Assembly: GCA_973895155.1 (NCBI GenBank) | Contig: OZ316894.1 | Location: 19,568,805-19,632,804, forward strand | DNA: 64,000 nt | DNA from: Marsupella aquatica | Lineage: Eukaryota > Plantae > Marchantiophyta | Direction: 5' to 3' | Shown: piece by piece, positions 61,475 through 64,000 of the stretch | Numbering within the stretch: the stretch's first letter is position 1 | Layout: each line of letters begins with the position of its first letter | Position numbers and translations under genes: made by a program | The notes under the pieces: model-generated | The model's database searches: none | The model's input: the letters and a program-made list of their open reading frames with translations, nothing else | What the model was told of the DNA's origin: nothing

Positions 61475-63106
61475 ATGGGTGTATGTTTTTCGGTTCCGCG
61501 TGGCCGCAAAAAGAAAGGGCCGCGACGAGACAGCTCCGATTATCGTAACAATGAGACAGCAACAGGTGGGCAACCTCCCAGAAAGGTTCCAGAGAGGAAG
61601 AAGTCTCGGATTGAGTTTCGTTCGAATGACAGTCAGTCGAAAATTCCCTTGGGCAAGCGCACGAATTTTGGCTATGAGCGGGACTTCAAAAGCAAATACA
61701 AGATGGGGAAGCTGCTGGGCCACGGACAATTTGGAAATACGTACTCTGCTACTGAGCTGAGTACTGGGAACAGAGTGGCTGTGAAAACCATCGAAAAGAA
61801 GCAGATGCTTCTGCCGATATCCGTCGACGATGTCAGGAGAGAGGTTAGAATTTTGGACACACTGTCAGGACACGAAAATGTTGTACAGTTTCACGCTTCG
61901 TTTGAAGATGACGATCTTGTCTACATTGTGATGGAGCTCTGCGAAGGTGGAGAGCTTCTGGATAGAATTCTTGCTAGAAAGGACAGCCGGTATAGTGAGA
62001 AGGATGCTGCAAAAATTGTGAGGCAAATGTTGAGAGTGGCAGCTCGGTGTCATCTGCATGGTGTGGTCCATCGAGACATGAAACCGGAAAATTTTCTCTT
62101 CGAGTCTCAAAAAGAGGACTCCAAGTTGAAAGCAACCGATTTTGGTCTCTCAGATTACATCAAGCCAGGGAAGAGATTCCAAGATGTAGTAGGTAGTGCG
62201 TATTATGTTGCTCCCGAGGTCCTGAAAAGGAAGTCTGGCCCAGAGTCGGATGTCTGGAGCATTGGAGTCATCACGTATATTCTTCTGTGTGGAAGACGTC
62301 CCTTTTGGGACAAAACAGAGGCGGGAATCTTTAACGAGGTCCTAAAGAAGAGGCCCGATTTTCGAGAGAAGCCATGGCCAACTATCAGCTCTAGTGCAAA
62401 GGATTTTGTGAAGAAGTTGTTGGTGAAGGATTCGCGGTTGAGACTCACTGCAGCTCAGGCTCTATCACATCCATGGGTCAGGGATGGAGGTGATGCGTCT
62501 GATATGCCACTGGACATTTCTGTTCTTTCAAATATGCGGGAATTTGTTAAATATAGCCGCCTGAAGCAACTGGCTTTGAGGGCTTTAGCGAGTACTCTTG
62601 ACGCTGAAGAAATTGCAGACTTGAAGGATCAATTTGATGCTATTGATATGGATCGCAATGGAACCATTACTCTAGACGAAATCAAGCATGCGCTTGGTAA
62701 AGATATGCCCTGGCGCTTGAAAGATTCTCGCGTTGTAGAGATTCTTAAAGCAATGGATAGCAATACGGATGGGATGGTGGACTTCGATGAATTTGTTGCG
62801 GCTACTCTTCATGTACACCAATTGGAAGAAGCTGACTCTGAGAAGTGGCAAGTTCGCTCTCGAGCTGCTTTTGAGAAGTTTGATTTCGACAAAGATGGCT
62901 TCATCACAGCTGAAGAGCTGAAACTAGCCACGGGGGTAAAAGGAAATATGGCGACCTTCTTGGAGGAAGCTGACACTGATGGCGATGGAAGGATAAGTCT
63001 ACCTGAATTTCAGAAGCTATTGAGGCAAGCAAGTCTGGGGTCTAGAACGAATGGCAGTCACAGTTTGAAACATACACCACATACGCCACGCACTCCCAAG
63101 GGTTAA
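61475..63106 (+). CDS. CPK28: Calcium-dependent protein kinase, group IV (CPK16/18/28-like), 543 aa, intronless
   Basis: MGVCFS acylation motif; GKRTNFGYERDF; LGHGQFG; HRDMKPEN; ATDFG; KRKSGPESDVWS; RRPFWDKTE; junction FVKYSRLKQLALRALAS; four EF-hand-like loops. Orthology to CPK28 is inferred from motifs only. Confidence 0.93.
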   Translation: MGVCFSVPRGRKKKGPRRDSSDYRNNETATGGQPPRKVPERKKSRIEFRSNDSQSKIPLGKRTNFGYERDFKSKYKMGKLLGHGQFGNTYSATELSTGNRVAVKTIEKKQMLLPISVDDVRREVRILDTLSGHENVVQFHASFEDDDLVYIVMELCEGGELLDRILARKDSRYSEKDAAKIVRQMLRVAARCHLHGVVHRDMKPENFLFESQKEDSKLKATDFGLSDYIKPGKRFQDVVGSAYYVAPEVLKRKSGPESDVWSIGVITYILLCGRRPFWDKTEAGIFNEVLKKRPDFREKPWPTISSSAKDFVKKLLVKDSRLRLTAAQALSHPWVRDGGDASDMPLDISVLSNMREFVKYSRLKQLALRALASTLDAEEIADLKDQFDAIDMDRNGTITLDEIKHALGKDMPWRLKDSRVVEILKAMDSNTDGMVDFDEFVAATLHVHQLEEADSEKWQVRSRAAFEKFDFDKDGFITAEELKLATGVKGNMATFLEEADTDGDGRISLPEFQKLLRQASLGSRTNGSHSLKHTPHTPRTPKG

Positions 63107-64000
63107 CAAGTAGGTTTTCTGTGCATGTTTCCCCTGGGTTTCGTTTCTTCTAACTGAAGGGTAACTTCACAAATTGTACAATGTGAGCCAATTCAAAGCC
63201 TCGCTTCTTATTAGAAGCTGAGATGGTGGATAACTCGTCTTCAAGGCTGTAGATTCCTCAAAAGGACCTGGACATTTGTCATCCTTGCATCTACAAAGTA
63301 GGGGCATTGTATGTTAAGTAGGACAAACGTCTGGCATTGTATGCTAATTAGAATCGTCTTAGATATTGATATCGCGCAATGAATTGATCATACAAGGCAC
63401 TCCATTGATTTCGCCGAGTCTACTACGAATATTTGTGACTCAGTCAATCCTCATGTTGCAAATAATGTTCGGATGAACCTATGTTGGAAGTTTTCGAAAT
63501 CACGAATAGTAACATAACAGTTCAGATTCCTGTTGACTTTCTGGGAGCTAAATTTCCCTTGTTTACATTTCAGCAGCCACCCTAGTAAGTGGCATAGAAG
63601 GTTCGTCTAAGCCATTCAATTCAAATATGTATCTTCTGAGTTGTATGAAAATCTCCTGGACCTGCATAATGCAACTTTTTGTCTTGGCACGAGGTATCTT
63701 CAATTTCGACAATGCATCTCCTGGATTGTGCTATGTTCTCCCTAAAGTGTGGTATCACACACTAGACATCACACACTGGAACGTTGACTAACAAAATAAT
63801 ACCCACATGTGGACCCGAGATATTAATACGAGCGGAGCAGGGTACAGATCTCCATGATAATCTTTCCAAGAATTTAACAGACCTATCCAGAGGTTTATGC
63901 ATCAAAATTTTGTCCCTATAATGTTTTTGCATCTCAGAATGTCCCAATGTATGGTTCTTTGATCCCTCTATGTATTGCAAGGGTTTTATGAGAACATTAA

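Overview
Eukaryotic DNA with GT-AG introns, most consistent with a non-seed land plant (bryophyte-like; inferred from gene and TE content). Two intact host genes: a 5-exon tonoplast monosaccharide transporter (16663-20037, +) and an intronless group-IV CDPK (61475-63106, +). A CYP71/PPWD1 cyclophilin fragment lies at about 39.5-40.2 kb. The rest is TE-rich: (1) a 7.8-kb TTAA-flanked Kolobok-type DNA transposon (4462-12244) with a spliced DDE transposase (-) and a convergent KolX/P2X7-ballast-like ORF (+); (2) a Ty1/copia element with identical LTRs but disrupted gag-pol (46297-53170); (3) a full-length CRE-clade non-LTR retrotransposon with a 1135-codon RT+RLE ORF and a non-canonical LSDD active site; (4) four MITEs of about 290 bp with 8-bp TSDs; plus degenerate remnants and tandem repeats. 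The most striking signal is two tandem 47-nt anticodon-less tRNA mimics (mascRNA-like) 80 bp downstream of the KolX stop, between the convergent transposon genes. All protein family calls are by motif recognition by eye; no database searches were run.
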